DNA of 64,000 nucleotides from Candidatus Methylomirabilota bacterium (GTDB lineage Bacteria; Methylomirabilota; Methylomirabilia; Rokubacteriales; CSP1-6). Positions 37,046 through 47,366 of this stretch are shown in pieces. The stretch spans positions 3,913 to 67,912 of the forward strand of contig DASTOJ010000206.1 of NCBI GenBank assembly GCA_035762565.1, written 5' to 3'. Both the position numbers and the translations under genes were made by a program. The notes beneath the pieces are model-generated. The model did no database searches. It had not been told where the DNA came from and saw nothing but the letters and a program-made list of their open reading frames with translations. The first letter of the stretch is position 1. Every line of letters starts with the position of its first letter.

Positions 37046-38199
37046 GCCTCGCCCGGCGGGTGCTGGAGGTCGAGCCGTTCCTGGCCGTCGAGGTGGCCGA
37101 GCGGGCCCAGGAGCTCGAGCGCCAGGGCGTCGACGTCGTGCACCTGGGGTACGGGGAGCCCGACTTCGCCCCGCCGGCCGTCGTACGGCAAGCGCTCGAG
37201 CGGGCGGTCCGGGACGGTCACATGCGGTACACGCACAGCCTCGGGCTGCTGCCCCTGCGCGAGGCGATCGCCGATCACTACCGGGTGACCTACGGCGTGA
37301 AGGTGTCGCCCGAGCAGATCCTGGTCACGCCCGGCACCTCCCCGGCCATGATGCTGCTGTTCGGCGCGCTGCTGGACCCCGGCGACGAGGTCGTCCTGAG
37401 CGATCCGTACTACGCGTGCTATCCGAACTTCATCCGGTACGCCGAGGGCGTGCCGGTCTACGTCGACACCACCGAGGAGGACGGCTTCCAGTACCGGCCG
37501 GAGGCGATCGCGCCGCACCTGGGCCCGCGCACGCGCGCGCTCGTCGTCAACTCGCCGGCCAACCCCACCGGGGCGGTCCTGGCGCCCGAGCGCATGGCGG
37601 CCATCGCGGCGCTGGCGCAGGCGCGCTCGACGTTCGTCGTCGCCGACGAGATCTACCACGGCCTCACCGAGGGCGGCCGCGACCGCTCGGTCCTGGAATT
37701 CACCGACCGCGCGTTCGTCCTCAACGGCTTCTCCAAGGCCTTTGCGATGACCGGCTGGCGGCTGGGCTACCTCATCGCCCCGCCCAGCCACGTGCGCGCG
37801 CTCCAGCGGCTGGCCGGCAACTTCTTCATCTCGACCAACGAGTTCGTCCAGTGGGCCGGCGTGGCCGCTCTGCGCGAGGCGGCCCACGAGCCGGCCCGCT
37901 TCGCCCGCGTCTTCGCCGAGCGGCGCCGTCTCATGATCGACGGGCTGCGGGCCCTCGGCTTCGGCGTGGGGTTCGAGCCGACCGGCGCCTTCTACATCCT
38001 GGCCAACGCGCGCCACTTCTCGGGCGACTCCGTGCGCTTTGCCTACGAGATCCTCGACGGCTGCCACGTCGCGGTCACGCCTGGCGTGGCGTTCGGGAAG
38101 AACGCCGAGGGCTATCTCCGGTTCTCGTACTCGGCGTCCGCCGAGCGCATCCGGGAGGGCCTGCGCCGGCTCGGCGCCTTCCTCGCGACGCGCCGGTGA
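37042..38199 (+). CDS. Class I/II PLP-dependent aminotransferase (AspC-like)
   Basis: GTGA overlap. GYGEPDF, NSPANPTG and NGFSKAFAMTGWRLGY (PLP Lys) motifs. Confidence 0.85.
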   Translation: MSLARRVLEVEPFLAVEVAERAQELERQGVDVVHLGYGEPDFAPPAVVRQALERAVRDGHMRYTHSLGLLPLREAIADHYRVTYGVKVSPEQILVTPGTSPAMMLLFGALLDPGDEVVLSDPYYACYPNFIRYAEGVPVYVDTTEEDGFQYRPEAIAPHLGPRTRALVVNSPANPTGAVLAPERMAAIAALAQARSTFVVADEIYHGLTEGGRDRSVLEFTDRAFVLNGFSKAFAMTGWRLGYLIAPPSHVRALQRLAGNFFISTNEFVQWAGVAALREAAHEPARFARVFAERRRLMIDGLRALGFGVGFEPTGAFYILANARHFSGDSVRFAYEILDGCHVAVTPGVAFGKNAEGYLRFSYSASAERIREGLRRLGAFLATRR

Positions 38200-38227
38200 C
38201 GCGTTCGCCGTGCCCGCCCTGAGCGGC

Positions 38228-38947
38228 ATGGACCCGGCGTACCTCGCCGTCCACCTCGAGGAGGACCGGGACCATTGGTGGTTCCGCGGGCGCCGCGCCG
38301 TCATCCTGGCCCTGCTCCGGCGCCTGCTCCGGCCCGGCTCCCATCGGCTGCTGGAGCTGGGCTGCGGTAGCGGCAACGTGCTGGAGGCTCTCGCCGAGTT
38401 CGGCGAGGCCGTGGGGATGGAAGCCGACGAGACGCTCGCCGCGGCGGGCCGCGCGGCCGGCCTCGACGTCCGCCGCGGCGTCTTGCCTCACGATCGCGTC
38501 GTGCCGGCCGGCTGGCCCGACGTCGCGCTGTTCCTCGACGTGCTCGAGCATCTGGACGATGACGCGGCGGCGCTGCGCGCGGTCCACGCGGTACTCGAGC
38601 CCGGCGGCGCTCTGATCGTCACCGTGCCGGCCTACCAGTGGCTGTGGAGCGGCCACGACGTGGCGCTCGGCCACCGCCGGCGCTACGGCGCCCCCGCCCT
38701 GCGGGCGCTGCTGGCGTCGAGTGGATTCACCGTGACGTACCTGGGCTTCTTCAACACGCTGCTCCTGCCCGCGGTCGTGTTGGCGCGCGGCTGGAAGCGG
38801 CTGCGCGGCGGCGGCGGGCACGACCTGGCGCGGCCGCCGACGGCGGTCAACGACGCCCTGGCGCGCCTGTTCGCGCTGGAGGCGGCAATCGTCCCCCGCT
38901 GCCGCCTGCCGTTCGGGGCCTCGCTGCTCGCGGTCGGCCGGCGGTGA
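38228..38947 (+). CDS. Class I SAM-dependent methyltransferase
   Basis: Motif I LLELGCGSGN, plus the HWWF N-terminal segment common in Methyltransf_23-like proteins. A GTG at 38210 is an alternative start. Confidence 0.75.
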   Translation: MDPAYLAVHLEEDRDHWWFRGRRAVILALLRRLLRPGSHRLLELGCGSGNVLEALAEFGEAVGMEADETLAAAGRAAGLDVRRGVLPHDRVVPAGWPDVALFLDVLEHLDDDAAALRAVHAVLEPGGALIVTVPAYQWLWSGHDVALGHRRRYGAPALRALLASSGFTVTYLGFFNTLLLPAVVLARGWKRLRGGGGHDLARPPTAVNDALARLFALEAAIVPRCRLPFGASLLAVGRR

Positions 38948-41106
38948 GCCAGGGCGGGCGGCGTCGCGACTGGGCACTGGTGGGCGCGGGGTTCCTGGCC
39001 CTCGCGATGGTGGTGGGTGTCTGGGCGGCGATCGACCGGCGGCCGCCCGAGTGGGACCACGCCAACCACCTGGAGCGCGCCGTGCTCTGCGCGCGCGATC
39101 TGCGCACGGGCGACGTCCGCGCCATCCTGGAGCGGTCCTCGTTCTATCCGCCGCTCGTGCCCTGCCTGGCGGGGGCCACGTCGATGGCCATGCCGATGGA
39201 AGCCGCCGCCGCCCTCACCATGGCCGCCTTCCTCGGGCTCGGCATGGCGGCCGTGTACCTGCTCGGCCGGTCGATGGCGGGCGGCCCGGCCGGTGTGGCG
39301 GCGGCGCTGCTCTTCGGCACGGGCCCGTTCGTCGTCTTCTCGTCACTGCGATTCCAGCTCGATCTCCCGCTGGCGGCGATGGTCGCCCTCGGGCTGGTGA
39401 GCCTGCGCGCGACCGAGGACCTCACAAGGCCGGGCAAGGCGCTCGCGTTCGGCCTCGTCTGCGGCCTCGGGATGCTGACCAAGCCGACGTTCGGGCTCTA
39501 TATCGTGGCGCCGGCGGCGCTGCTCATGGCCCGGGGCCGCCGGCGCGGCGCGATGGGGGCGGCGCTGGCGGTGCTCGTCGCCGGAGCGGTGAGTCTGCCC
39601 TGGTTCGGTCTGCGGCTGTTCGGCCTCGGCGCCCAGCTCGACGCCCGTGCCTTCGCCCAGGCGGCGGAGTCGGGCCATCCCGAGGCGCTGAGCCTGGCCG
39701 GGCTCGCCTTCTATCCGCGCATGCTCGGGCACCAGGTCGGACTGGGCGCGGCTGTCCTCGTCGTCGCCGGCCTCGCCGCCGCCGCCGCCCGCCGCCAGTG
39801 GTTCCTGCTCGCCGCCGTGGCGGCGCCCTTCGTCGTCGTCGAGCTGATCCGCAACAAGAATCTCCGCTACACGCTGCCGTTGCTCGGGGCGGCTGCGGTG
39901 CTGGCGGCGCTCGGGCTGGGCGCGCTGCCGGGCGGGGCCCGTCGCGTCGCCGCGGGTGTGCTCGTCGTGCTCGGCCTCGCGCAGGTGAGCGCGGTGGCCA
40001 CCGGCGTGCCGCCGAATTTCTGGATCGCCGGCCTCGGGTACTGGTGGGTGCCGGCCTCACCCCCCGCCCGGGCCGAGTGGCCGCATTCCCAGATCCTCGC
40101 GCTGATCGACCGCGACCGGCGAGGGGCGCCGGCGACGGTCAGCGTCGTGCCCAACTTCGACCGGTTCTCGGTGAGCAATTTCCGGTATTACGCCGCGCGT
40201 GACGGCCTCGACCTGAGATTCGTGCGGGCCTGGGAGGACCCGCCGCTCGGCGTCGAGTACATGGTGCTCAAGACCGGCGACGTCGGACCGGCGTGGACGG
40301 CCGAGAAGGCGCGGCGGGCGGCCGCGCGGCTCGCGGCCGATCCGCACCTGGCGCGCGCCTTCCCGGTGATCGGGGAGTTCCGGCTGCCCGACGGCTCCAC
40401 CGCGACCATCCGTGCGCGCCGCGTGCCCGCGGTGACGGGAATCCCGCCACCGGCGGTGGCCGCCGCGATCGAGGCCGGCCTGCGCCGCCGGCTGCACGAG
40501 GTCGCGCGGGACGTCGAGGGCCTGGCGATCCGCCTGCTCCACGACGAGGGAATTCTGAGCGGGCGCGTCCGACGCGCCGAGATCCGGACGGCGTCCGCTG
40601 CGCTGGCCGAGTACGCACGGCCGGGCGCGGCACGGCTGCGCGTGCGGGACCTCGGCGTGACCCTGGACGATCTGCTGGTGAACCCGTGGAGCGCGCTGGC
40701 CGAGGGCCGGTTCGATCCGCTCGACGCCGGCCGCGTGCGCCTGGAAACGGCGACGGTGACCCTGCCCGACCTGCAGGCGTTCGTGGCCGGGCTCAAGCGC
40801 TTCCAGCGGTCCACCGTGCGCGCCGACGGCGATGCGCTGGCGATCACCGTGCGGCAGGCGGGTCCCGACGTGAGCGCGCGCGTGCGCCTGCTGCCGGCCA
40901 CCGACCGGCCGATCGTGCTGGAGGCCGAGCGCGTCCGAGTGGGCGGTGTGCCGGTGCCGGGCGCGCTCGTGAACTGGGTGCTCCGCGGCGTCGACCCGTT
41001 CCCGCGCATCGCCAGCCGGCTGCCGTTTCCGGTGGAGGTCGGCACCGTGACCGTCGACGGGCAGGCCCTGCGCATCTCACGCGAACACGTATCCGAGAGG
41101 AGGTAA
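38944..41106 (+). CDS. GT-C fold (ArnT/PMT-like) polytopic glycosyltransferase fused to a C-terminal soluble DUF2993/LmeA-like region
   Basis: GTGA overlap. The N-terminal ~400 aa have more than 10 hydrophobic helices and an early periplasmic-loop acidic/His region (PEWDHANHLE). The C-terminal ~300 aa are soluble; assignment of that part to DUF2993 is from pattern memory only. Confidence 0.55.
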   Translation: MSQGGRRRDWALVGAGFLALAMVVGVWAAIDRRPPEWDHANHLERAVLCARDLRTGDVRAILERSSFYPPLVPCLAGATSMAMPMEAAAALTMAAFLGLGMAAVYLLGRSMAGGPAGVAAALLFGTGPFVVFSSLRFQLDLPLAAMVALGLVSLRATEDLTRPGKALAFGLVCGLGMLTKPTFGLYIVAPAALLMARGRRRGAMGAALAVLVAGAVSLPWFGLRLFGLGAQLDARAFAQAAESGHPEALSLAGLAFYPRMLGHQVGLGAAVLVVAGLAAAAARRQWFLLAAVAAPFVVVELIRNKNLRYTLPLLGAAAVLAALGLGALPGGARRVAAGVLVVLGLAQVSAVATGVPPNFWIAGLGYWWVPASPPARAEWPHSQILALIDRDRRGAPATVSVVPNFDRFSVSNFRYYAARDGLDLRFVRAWEDPPLGVEYMVLKTGDVGPAWTAEKARRAAARLAADPHLARAFPVIGEFRLPDGSTATIRARRVPAVTGIPPPAVAAAIEAGLRRRLHEVARDVEGLAIRLLHDEGILSGRVRRAEIRTASAALAEYARPGAARLRVRDLGVTLDDLLVNPWSALAEGRFDPLDAGRVRLETATVTLPDLQAFVAGLKRFQRSTVRADGDALAITVRQAGPDVSARVRLLPATDRPIVLEAERVRVGGVPVPGALVNWVLRGVDPFPRIASRLPFPVEVGTVTVDGQALRISREHVSERR

Positions 41107-41113
41107 CTCAAAG

Positions 41114-41797
41114 GTGCCCAGGGCAAAGCGTGGGGGCTTGGGGGCCGTGCCGGGGTCCCCATCCAAGCGCGCGCGCGCGCGCAAGATCCTCCCGGCGCTG
41201 GCGCGCGCGTATCCCGACGCGAAGATCGCGCTGGACTTCACGACGCCGCTCCAGCTGCTGGTGGCAACCATCCTGTCCGCCCAGTGCACCGACGAGCGGG
41301 TGAACATGGTGACGCCGGGGCTGTTCCGGAAGTACCCGACCGCGCTCCAGCTGGCGCGGGCCGAGCCGGCCCGGCTGGAGCAGGAGATCCGCTCGACGGG
41401 CTTCTTTCGCGCGAAGACCCGCTCGCTCCTGGGCATGGCGAAGACGCTGGTCGAACGCCACCGCGGCGAGGTGCCGCGTGAGCGCGAGGCGCTCACTGCG
41501 CTGCCGGGCGTCGGGCTGAAGACCGCCAACGTCGTCATCGGCAACGCCTTCGGGGGTGACGCGCTGGCGGTCGACACCCACGTCTTCCGTGTATCCCAGC
41601 GACTCGGGCTCGCCCGCGCCGACGACCCTGACGAGATCCACGACCAGCTCGTCCAGGTGCTGCCCCGCGGCCGCCTGACCCAGGCCACCCATCTCCTGAT
41701 CGTCCACGGCCGCCGCACCTGCACCGCCCGCACTCCCGCCTGCCCGGTGTGCCCGGTGCGCACGCTCTGCCCCTGGCCTCACAAGACCCGCAAGTGA
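41114..41797 (+). CDS. nth: Endonuclease III
   Basis: HhH-GPD (LPGVGLKTANVV) with catalytic Lys and Asp, and a C-terminal [4Fe-4S] loop C-x6-C-x2-C-x5-C (CTARTPACPVCPVRTLC). Confidence 0.9.
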   Translation: MPRAKRGGLGAVPGSPSKRARARKILPALARAYPDAKIALDFTTPLQLLVATILSAQCTDERVNMVTPGLFRKYPTALQLARAEPARLEQEIRSTGFFRAKTRSLLGMAKTLVERHRGEVPREREALTALPGVGLKTANVVIGNAFGGDALAVDTHVFRVSQRLGLARADDPDEIHDQLVQVLPRGRLTQATHLLIVHGRRTCTARTPACPVCPVRTLCPWPHKTRK

Positions 41798-41800
41798 CGC

Positions 41801-41877
41801 TTCGAGGGGGAGGCAGCGAGGAGCGCGCCGAAGGCGTACGACGGCCCTCGGAGGGGTCCGTCGAGACCCCTCCCGAG
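41801..41877. repeat. GC-rich intergenic repeat, box copy 2 plus hairpin copy (CTCGGAGGGGTC-CGTCGA-GACCCCTCCCGAG)
   Basis: 41801-41825 matches 12222-12246 at 22 of 25 positions. 41847-41877 forms a 12-bp stem with a one-C bulge, the same design as 18889-18916. Lies between the convergent nth and SDR genes. Confidence 0.55.
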
Positions 41878-42642
41878 CTAAACTCCGCCCGTCACGTCGA
41901 TCGTCACGCCGGTGACGAAGTCGGCGTCGGACGAGGCCAGAAAGCAGATGACGCGGGCCTGGTCGCGCGCCTCGGCGATGCGACGCAGCGGCGTGTGGTC
42001 GATCTCGCGCGCCTGCTGGTCCGGCGTCCGGCGCTCCCAGTGGGGACGGAGGCGCTCGGTCAGGGTCAGGCTCGGCGCGATGGCGTTCACGTTGACGCCG
42101 AAGGGGCCCAGCTCACGCGCCAGCTTGCGCGTGAAGGCGACGATGCCGCCCTTGGCCGCCGCGTAGGCGCTGCTGCTGCTGTCGCTGATTCCCCGGCCGG
42201 CGACGGACGAGAGGTTGACGATCTTGCCGCGGCGCTGGCGCTTCATCACCGGGGCGACGGCGTGGCAGAACAAGAACGTGCCGGTCAGGTTGAAGTGCAG
42301 CAGGCCCTGCCAGTCGGCGAGGCTGAGCTCGTCCACGGTCGCCGCCGGCTTGTCGATGATCGTGCTGCCGCCCACGGCGTTGACGAGGATGTCGATCCGG
42401 CCGTGCTCGCCCACCACCGCCTCCACGACGCTCGGCGCCTGGGCGGCGTCGAGCGCGTCCGCGCGGCGAGCCTGGGCCCGGCCGCCGGCGTTGCGCAACG
42501 AGGCCACCAGCTTGTCCAGGCGGCCGAGGTCGGTGTCGACCCCGACGACGACTCCGCCCTCGGCGGCGATGATCTCCGCGGTCGCCTTGCCGATGCCGCT
42601 CGCCGCCGCCGTGATCAGCGTCACCTGGTCCTTGAATCGCAT
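41878..42642 (-). CDS. SDR-family oxidoreductase (FabG-like)
   Basis: [10 protein letters not shown] cofactor motif, NAVG, and the catalytic S...YAAAK tetrad region. Confidence 0.85.
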   Translation of the reverse strand: MRFKDQVTLITAAASGIGKATAEIIAAEGGVVVGVDTDLGRLDKLVASLRNAGGRAQARRADALDAAQAPSVVEAVVGEHGRIDILVNAVGGSTIIDKPAATVDELSLADWQGLLHFNLTGTFLFCHAVAPVMKRQRRGKIVNLSSVAGRGISDSSSSAYAAAKGGIVAFTRKLARELGPFGVNVNAIAPSLTLTERLRPHWERRTPDQQAREIDHTPLRRIAEARDQARVICFLASSDADFVTGVTIDVTGGV

Positions 42643-42669
42643 GGCCGGATTCTAACGCGTCGCGCCGCC

Positions 42670-42698
42670 TTGACACCCGGGACCTTCCGGCCTACAGT
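42670..42698 (+). promoter_or_regulatory. Candidate sigma-70 promoter upstream of rplM (TTGACA-17 nt-TACAGT)
   Basis: Perfect -35 at 42670-42675, a 17-nt spacer, TACAGT at 42693-42698, followed by a T-rich leader. Confidence 0.5.
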
Positions 42699-42764
42699 AT
42701 TGCGTTACTTTTTTCATCCGTGACGGATACTTACGTCGTAGACGCCGACAGCCGTGAAGGGGAC

Positions 42765-43220
42765 ATGATGCCGACGCCGGTTCCGAAGGAGCACGAGATC
42801 GAGCGCAAGTGGTTCCTCGTCGATGCCGACGGGCAGGTGCTGGGTCGCCTGGCGACCCGGGTGGCGTCGATTCTGCGCGGCAAGCACAAGAGCACCTTCA
42901 CGCCGCACCTCGACGTCGGCGATCACGTCGTCGTCGTCAACGCCGAGAAGATCCACGTGACCGGGCGCAAGCGCACCGACAAGATCTACCGCTGGCACTC
43001 GGGCTACATCGGCGGGCTGCGCGAGGTGCCGTTCGAGAAGATGGTGAGGTCCCACCCCGAGCGCGTGATCGAGTGGGCGGTGCAGGGCATGCTGCCCAAG
43101 AACCGGCTGGGACGGGCGATGGCGAAGAAGCTCAAGGTCTACCGGGGCGCGACGCATCCGCACGAGGCGCAGCAGCCTCAGGCGTTGCCGGCGACGTCCC
43201 GGGGCGGGGAGGGGCGGTAG
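42765..43220 (+). CDS. rplM: 50S ribosomal protein L13
   Basis: [30 protein letters not shown] signature. Start set at the MMPTPV ATG after GAAGGGGA; the track ORF begins at 42720. Confidence 0.9.
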   Translation: MMPTPVPKEHEIERKWFLVDADGQVLGRLATRVASILRGKHKSTFTPHLDVGDHVVVVNAEKIHVTGRKRTDKIYRWHSGYIGGLREVPFEKMVRSHPERVIEWAVQGMLPKNRLGRAMAKKLKVYRGATHPHEAQQPQALPATSRGGEGR

Positions 43221-43619
43221 ATGGCGACCGTGCTCGACAGGTTCTACGGCACCGGACGGCGCAAGACGTCGGTGGCCCGCGTCTGGATCCGGCCCGGCTC
43301 CGGGCGGATCACGGTGAATCGCCGGGGGTTCGAGAACTACTTCCCGCGCGAGACGCTGCGGATGATCATCGCGCAGCCGTTTCAGGTGACGAACACGGTC
43401 GACCAGTTCGACCTGGTCTGCACGGTCGCGGGCGGCGGGCCCTCGGGCCAGGCCGGCGCGGTCCGGCACGGTTTGTCGCGCGCGCTGGCGCGTTTCGACG
43501 AGAAGCTGCGGCAGCCGCTCAAGAAGGCGGGCCTGCTCACGCGCGACCCCCGCATGCGCGAGCGCAAGAAGTACGGCCAGCCGGGCGCCCGGCAGAAGTT
43601 CCAGTACTCTAAGCGCTGA
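43221..43619 (+). CDS. rpsI: 30S ribosomal protein S9
   Basis: [12 protein letters not shown] start and C-terminal [20 protein letters not shown]. Confidence 0.95.
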   Translation: MATVLDRFYGTGRRKTSVARVWIRPGSGRITVNRRGFENYFPRETLRMIIAQPFQVTNTVDQFDLVCTVAGGGPSGQAGAVRHGLSRALARFDEKLRQPLKKAGLLTRDPRMRERKKYGQPGARQKFQYSKR

Positions 43620-43624
43620 GCGAC

Positions 43625-44689
43625 GTGCCGACCGCCGACCGCATCCGCGTTGCCGTCGCCGGCGCCAGCGGTTACATGGGCGCCGAGTTGCTGCGCCTGC
43701 TGCTCGTGCATCCCCGGGTCACGCTGGCGGGGGTGACATCCGAGCGGCTGGCCGGCGAGCCGCTGGCGCGCGGCTATCCCCACCTGCGCGGCCTCACCGG
43801 GCTGGCGTTCCACGACCTCGACCCGGGCTGGCTGGCCGACGTCGCCGACGTGGTCTTCCTGGCGCTGCCGCACATGGAGTCGCAGCGGACGGTGCCCGTG
43901 CTGCGGGCGCGCGGCCGGAGAGTCATCGATCTGTCCGCGGACTATCGGCTGCGTGACGCCGGAGACTACGTCACCTGGTACAAGGCGCCGCACATCGATC
44001 CCGCCGGGCTGGCGGAGGCGGTGTACGGGCTGCCCGAGCTGCACCGCAAGGCGATCGGCGCCGCCTCGCTGGTCGCCTCGCCCGGCTGCTACGCGGCGGG
44101 CGCGATCCTCGCCATCGCCCCGCTCGTGAAGAACGGGCTGGCGCGGCTCGACGGCATCGTCGTCGACGGGAAGTCGGGCGTGACCGGGGCCGGCGCCCAG
44201 GGACGCAAGGTCGACCCGATGTACCTCTATACCGAAGCCAACGAGAACGTGCAGGCCTACGCGATCGCCTCGCACCGGCACACCGCCGAGATGGAGCAGG
44301 AGCTGTCGGCGCTGGCCGGGGCCCCGCTCCGGATCAGCTTCACGCCGCACCTGATCCCGCTCAACCGGGGTCTGCTGACGACGGCCTCGGTGCCGCTGGC
44401 GGGGACGCTGGCCACCGGCGACCTGCTGCGCGTCTATCGCGACTTCTATGCCGGCGAGCCGTTCGTCCGCGTGCTGGACGAGGGCGAGCGGCCGACCACC
44501 CGTCACATCGTCGGCTCGAACTACTGTGACCTCACCGTCGTGGCCGACCCCCGTACGGGGCGCGCGGTATGCGTGGCGGCCCTCGACAACCTGGGCAAGG
44601 GCGGCTCGGCCAACGGCGTGCAGAACCTCAACGTCCTCCACGGCTGGAACGAGCGCACGGGGCTGGACGCCGCCCCGGTGTACCCCTGA
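43625..44689 (+). CDS. argC: N-acetyl-gamma-glutamyl-phosphate reductase
   Basis: VAGASGYMGAELLRLL and the catalytic Cys motif ASPGCYA. GTG start. Confidence 0.9.
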   Translation: MPTADRIRVAVAGASGYMGAELLRLLLVHPRVTLAGVTSERLAGEPLARGYPHLRGLTGLAFHDLDPGWLADVADVVFLALPHMESQRTVPVLRARGRRVIDLSADYRLRDAGDYVTWYKAPHIDPAGLAEAVYGLPELHRKAIGAASLVASPGCYAAGAILAIAPLVKNGLARLDGIVVDGKSGVTGAGAQGRKVDPMYLYTEANENVQAYAIASHRHTAEMEQELSALAGAPLRISFTPHLIPLNRGLLTTASVPLAGTLATGDLLRVYRDFYAGEPFVRVLDEGERPTTRHIVGSNYCDLTVVADPRTGRAVCVAALDNLGKGGSANGVQNLNVLHGWNERTGLDAAPVYP

Positions 44690-44694
44690 GCGGG

Positions 44695-45909
44695 ATGGCT
44701 GACGTCGAGTGGCTCGACGGCGGGATCACCGCCGTCCCCGGCATGCTGGCCAGCGGCGTGGCGGCCGGCATCAAGCCCAGCGGCAAGAAGGATCTGGCGC
44801 TGATCTACTCGCCGACGCCGGCCCGCTCGGCGGCCGTCTTCACGTCCAGCCAGGTCAAGGGGGCGCCGGTGCTCGTCTCCATGGAGCATGCGCGCAGCGG
44901 CGCGGCCCAAGCCATCCTGGCCTCCAGCGGCTGCGCGAACGTCTGCACCGGCGAGCGGGGCCTGAAGGACGCGCGCGAGATGACCCGGGCGGTCGCCGAC
45001 CTCCTCCGCATTCCGCCCACCCACGTGCTGATCGCGGCCACCGGCGTGATCGGCGTGCCGCTTCCGATGGACCGGGTGCGCGCCGCGCTGCCGAAGCTGG
45101 CGAAGGCGCTGTCGCCCCAGGGCGGCCGCGCGGCCGCCGAGGCGATCATGACGACCGACACGCGGCCCAAGGAGGCCGCCCTCCGGGTGGACGTCAACGG
45201 CCGGTCGGTCACGCTGGGGGGCATCGCCAAGGGGGTGGCCATGCTCGAGCCGCACCTGGCGACGATGTTCTGCTTCGTGGCGACCGACGCCGCCGTGGCC
45301 CGCGGCGCGCTGGCCGGCGTCGTGCGGCGGGCGGTGGACCGATCCTTCAACCGGGTGACGGTGGATTCCGACCAGTCCACCAGCGACACGGTCGCGGTGC
45401 TGGCCAACGGCCTGGCCGAGAACCGCCCGGTGGAGGTCGGGGGCCGCGGGCTGCGCCAGTTCGCGGCGGGCATGGACGCCCTGATGACGCGCCTGGCCAA
45501 GATGCTGGTGGCCGACGGCGAGGGAGCGACCAAGCTCGTGGCCGTCAACGTGCGCGGCGCCGCCAGCCGCCGGGACGCGCTGGTGGCGGCCCGCAGCGTG
45601 GCCAACTCCCCGCTGGTGAAGACGGCGATCAACGGGGCCGACCCCAACTGGGGCCGGATCCTGATGGCGCTCGGCAAGTCGGCGGCCCGCGTCGACCAGG
45701 ACAAGGTGGCCATCGCCTTCGGCGACGAGTACCTGGTCGAGCGCGGCGTGCTCAGAGAAGGCGTGCGCCTGGAGCGCATCCGCGAGATCATGGGTGGACA
45801 GGAGTACGAGATCACGATCGACCTCGGACTGGGGCGCGGAGAGGACCGTGTCTGGACCTGCGACCTGAGCGAGGAGTACGTGCGGCTCAACGGCAAGTAC
45901 ACGACGTAG
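44695..45909 (+). CDS. argJ: Bifunctional ornithine acetyltransferase / N-acetylglutamate synthase
   Basis: [13 protein letters not shown], autoprocessing site AIMTTDT, and [10 protein letters not shown]. Confidence 0.9.
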   Translation: MADVEWLDGGITAVPGMLASGVAAGIKPSGKKDLALIYSPTPARSAAVFTSSQVKGAPVLVSMEHARSGAAQAILASSGCANVCTGERGLKDAREMTRAVADLLRIPPTHVLIAATGVIGVPLPMDRVRAALPKLAKALSPQGGRAAAEAIMTTDTRPKEAALRVDVNGRSVTLGGIAKGVAMLEPHLATMFCFVATDAAVARGALAGVVRRAVDRSFNRVTVDSDQSTSDTVAVLANGLAENRPVEVGGRGLRQFAAGMDALMTRLAKMLVADGEGATKLVAVNVRGAASRRDALVAARSVANSPLVKTAINGADPNWGRILMALGKSAARVDQDKVAIAFGDEYLVERGVLREGVRLERIREIMGGQEYEITIDLGLGRGEDRVWTCDLSEEYVRLNGKYTT

Positions 45910-45994
45910 CGACCATCACGCACGCCGCGCGCCATTCGGTCGGCGTCCAGAGCGGACGTCGCAGCGCGGCGGAGGAACAACCGAGGGAGGACAG

Positions 45995-46759
45995 ATGGCG
46001 GCATTGACCATGAAGGAGCTACTCGAGGCCGGGGTGCACTTCGGCCACCAGACCAAGCGCTGGAACCCCAAGATGCAGAAGTACATCTTCGGCGAGCGCA
46101 ACGGCATCTACATCATCGACCTGCAGAAGACTCTCAAGAAATTCCGCGAAGCCTACGGCTTCGTGCGCGACATGGCCGCCGGCGGCGGCACGCTGCTCTT
46201 CATCGGGACCAAGAAGCAGGCCCAGGAGACGGTGTTCGAGGAGGCCGGCCGCTGCGCGATGTTCTACGTCAACCAGCGCTGGCTGGGCGGCACCCTCACC
46301 AACTTCGCGACCATCCGCAAGTCCATCGGCCGGCTCAAGAAGCTCGAGGAGATGAAGGAGACCGGCGAGTTCGAGCGGGTGTCCAAGAAGGAGGCCCTCG
46401 AGCTCGACCGGGAGCGCGAGAAGCTCGAGAAGGCCCTGATCGGGATCAAGGCGATGGAGAGCCTGCCGTCGTCGGTGTTCATCATCGACCCCCGCAAGGA
46501 GAACATCGCGGTGGCCGAGGCACGGCGGCTGGGCATCCCCATCGTGGCCATCGTGGACACGAACTGCGATCCAACCGGCATCGACTACCCGATCCCCGGC
46601 AACGACGACGCGATCCGGGCGGTGCGCCTGATCACCTCGCGGATGGCCGACGCCGTCCTGGAGGGCCGCGGCACCCTCGCCAAGGACGAGAGCGAGGCCG
46701 AGGCGGCCGAGGGCGCCGACGACAAGGAGATGGCCGCGGCCGAGGCGGAGGTGTCTTGA
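45995..46759 (+). CDS. rpsB: 30S ribosomal protein S2
   Basis: [19 protein letters not shown] signature and a GAGGGAGGA RBS. Confidence 0.95.
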   Translation: MAALTMKELLEAGVHFGHQTKRWNPKMQKYIFGERNGIYIIDLQKTLKKFREAYGFVRDMAAGGGTLLFIGTKKQAQETVFEEAGRCAMFYVNQRWLGGTLTNFATIRKSIGRLKKLEEMKETGEFERVSKKEALELDREREKLEKALIGIKAMESLPSSVFIIDPRKENIAVAEARRLGIPIVAIVDTNCDPTGIDYPIPGNDDAIRAVRLITSRMADAVLEGRGTLAKDESEAEAAEGADDKEMAAAEAEVS

Positions 46760-47364
46760 TGGCGGCCGATGCCAGGACGGTGATGGAGCTGCGCGAGCGC
46801 ACCGGCGCCGGCGTCATGGACTGCAAGGCCGCGCTCCAGGCGAGCGAGGGCAACCTCGACGAGGCCGTCGAATTCTTGAGGAAGAAGGGGCTGGCCGACG
46901 CCAAGAAGCGGGAGAGCCGCGACGCCAAGGACGGCCTCGTGCACGCCTACATCCACACCGGCGCCAAGCTCGGCGTGCTCGTCGAGGTCAGCTGCGAGAC
47001 CGACTTCGTCGCCAAGACGGACGCCTTCCAGGAGCTCGTCCGCGACCTCGCCATGCAGGTGGCCGCCAGCAATCCGACCTACGTCTCGCGCGAGGACGTG
47101 CCGGCTACCGTGCTCGAGAAGGAGCGCGAGATCTACCGCGGTCAGATGGCCGACCAGAAGAAGCCGGCCCAGGTCCTGGACAAGATCGTCGAGGGCAAGC
47201 TCGAGAAGTTCTTCAGCGAGCAGTGCCTGCTCGAGCAGCCGTTCATCAAGGACGCCACCGGCAAGACCCGGGTCAAGGATCTCGTCGACCAGGTCAACGC
47301 CGCCACCAAGGAGAAGGTCGTCGTGAGGCGGTTCGCGCGGTTCCAGGTGGGCGGAGGCGGCTAG
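46759..47364 (+). CDS. tsf: Translation elongation factor Ts (short form)
   Basis: [22 protein letters not shown]-like N-terminus. The ATG overlaps the rpsB TGA by 1 nt; the track starts at a TTG at 46756. Confidence 0.9.
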   Translation: MAADARTVMELRERTGAGVMDCKAALQASEGNLDEAVEFLRKKGLADAKKRESRDAKDGLVHAYIHTGAKLGVLVEVSCETDFVAKTDAFQELVRDLAMQVAASNPTYVSREDVPATVLEKEREIYRGQMADQKKPAQVLDKIVEGKLEKFFSEQCLLEQPFIKDATGKTRVKDLVDQVNAATKEKVVVRRFARFQVGGGG

Positions 47365-47366
47365 CC

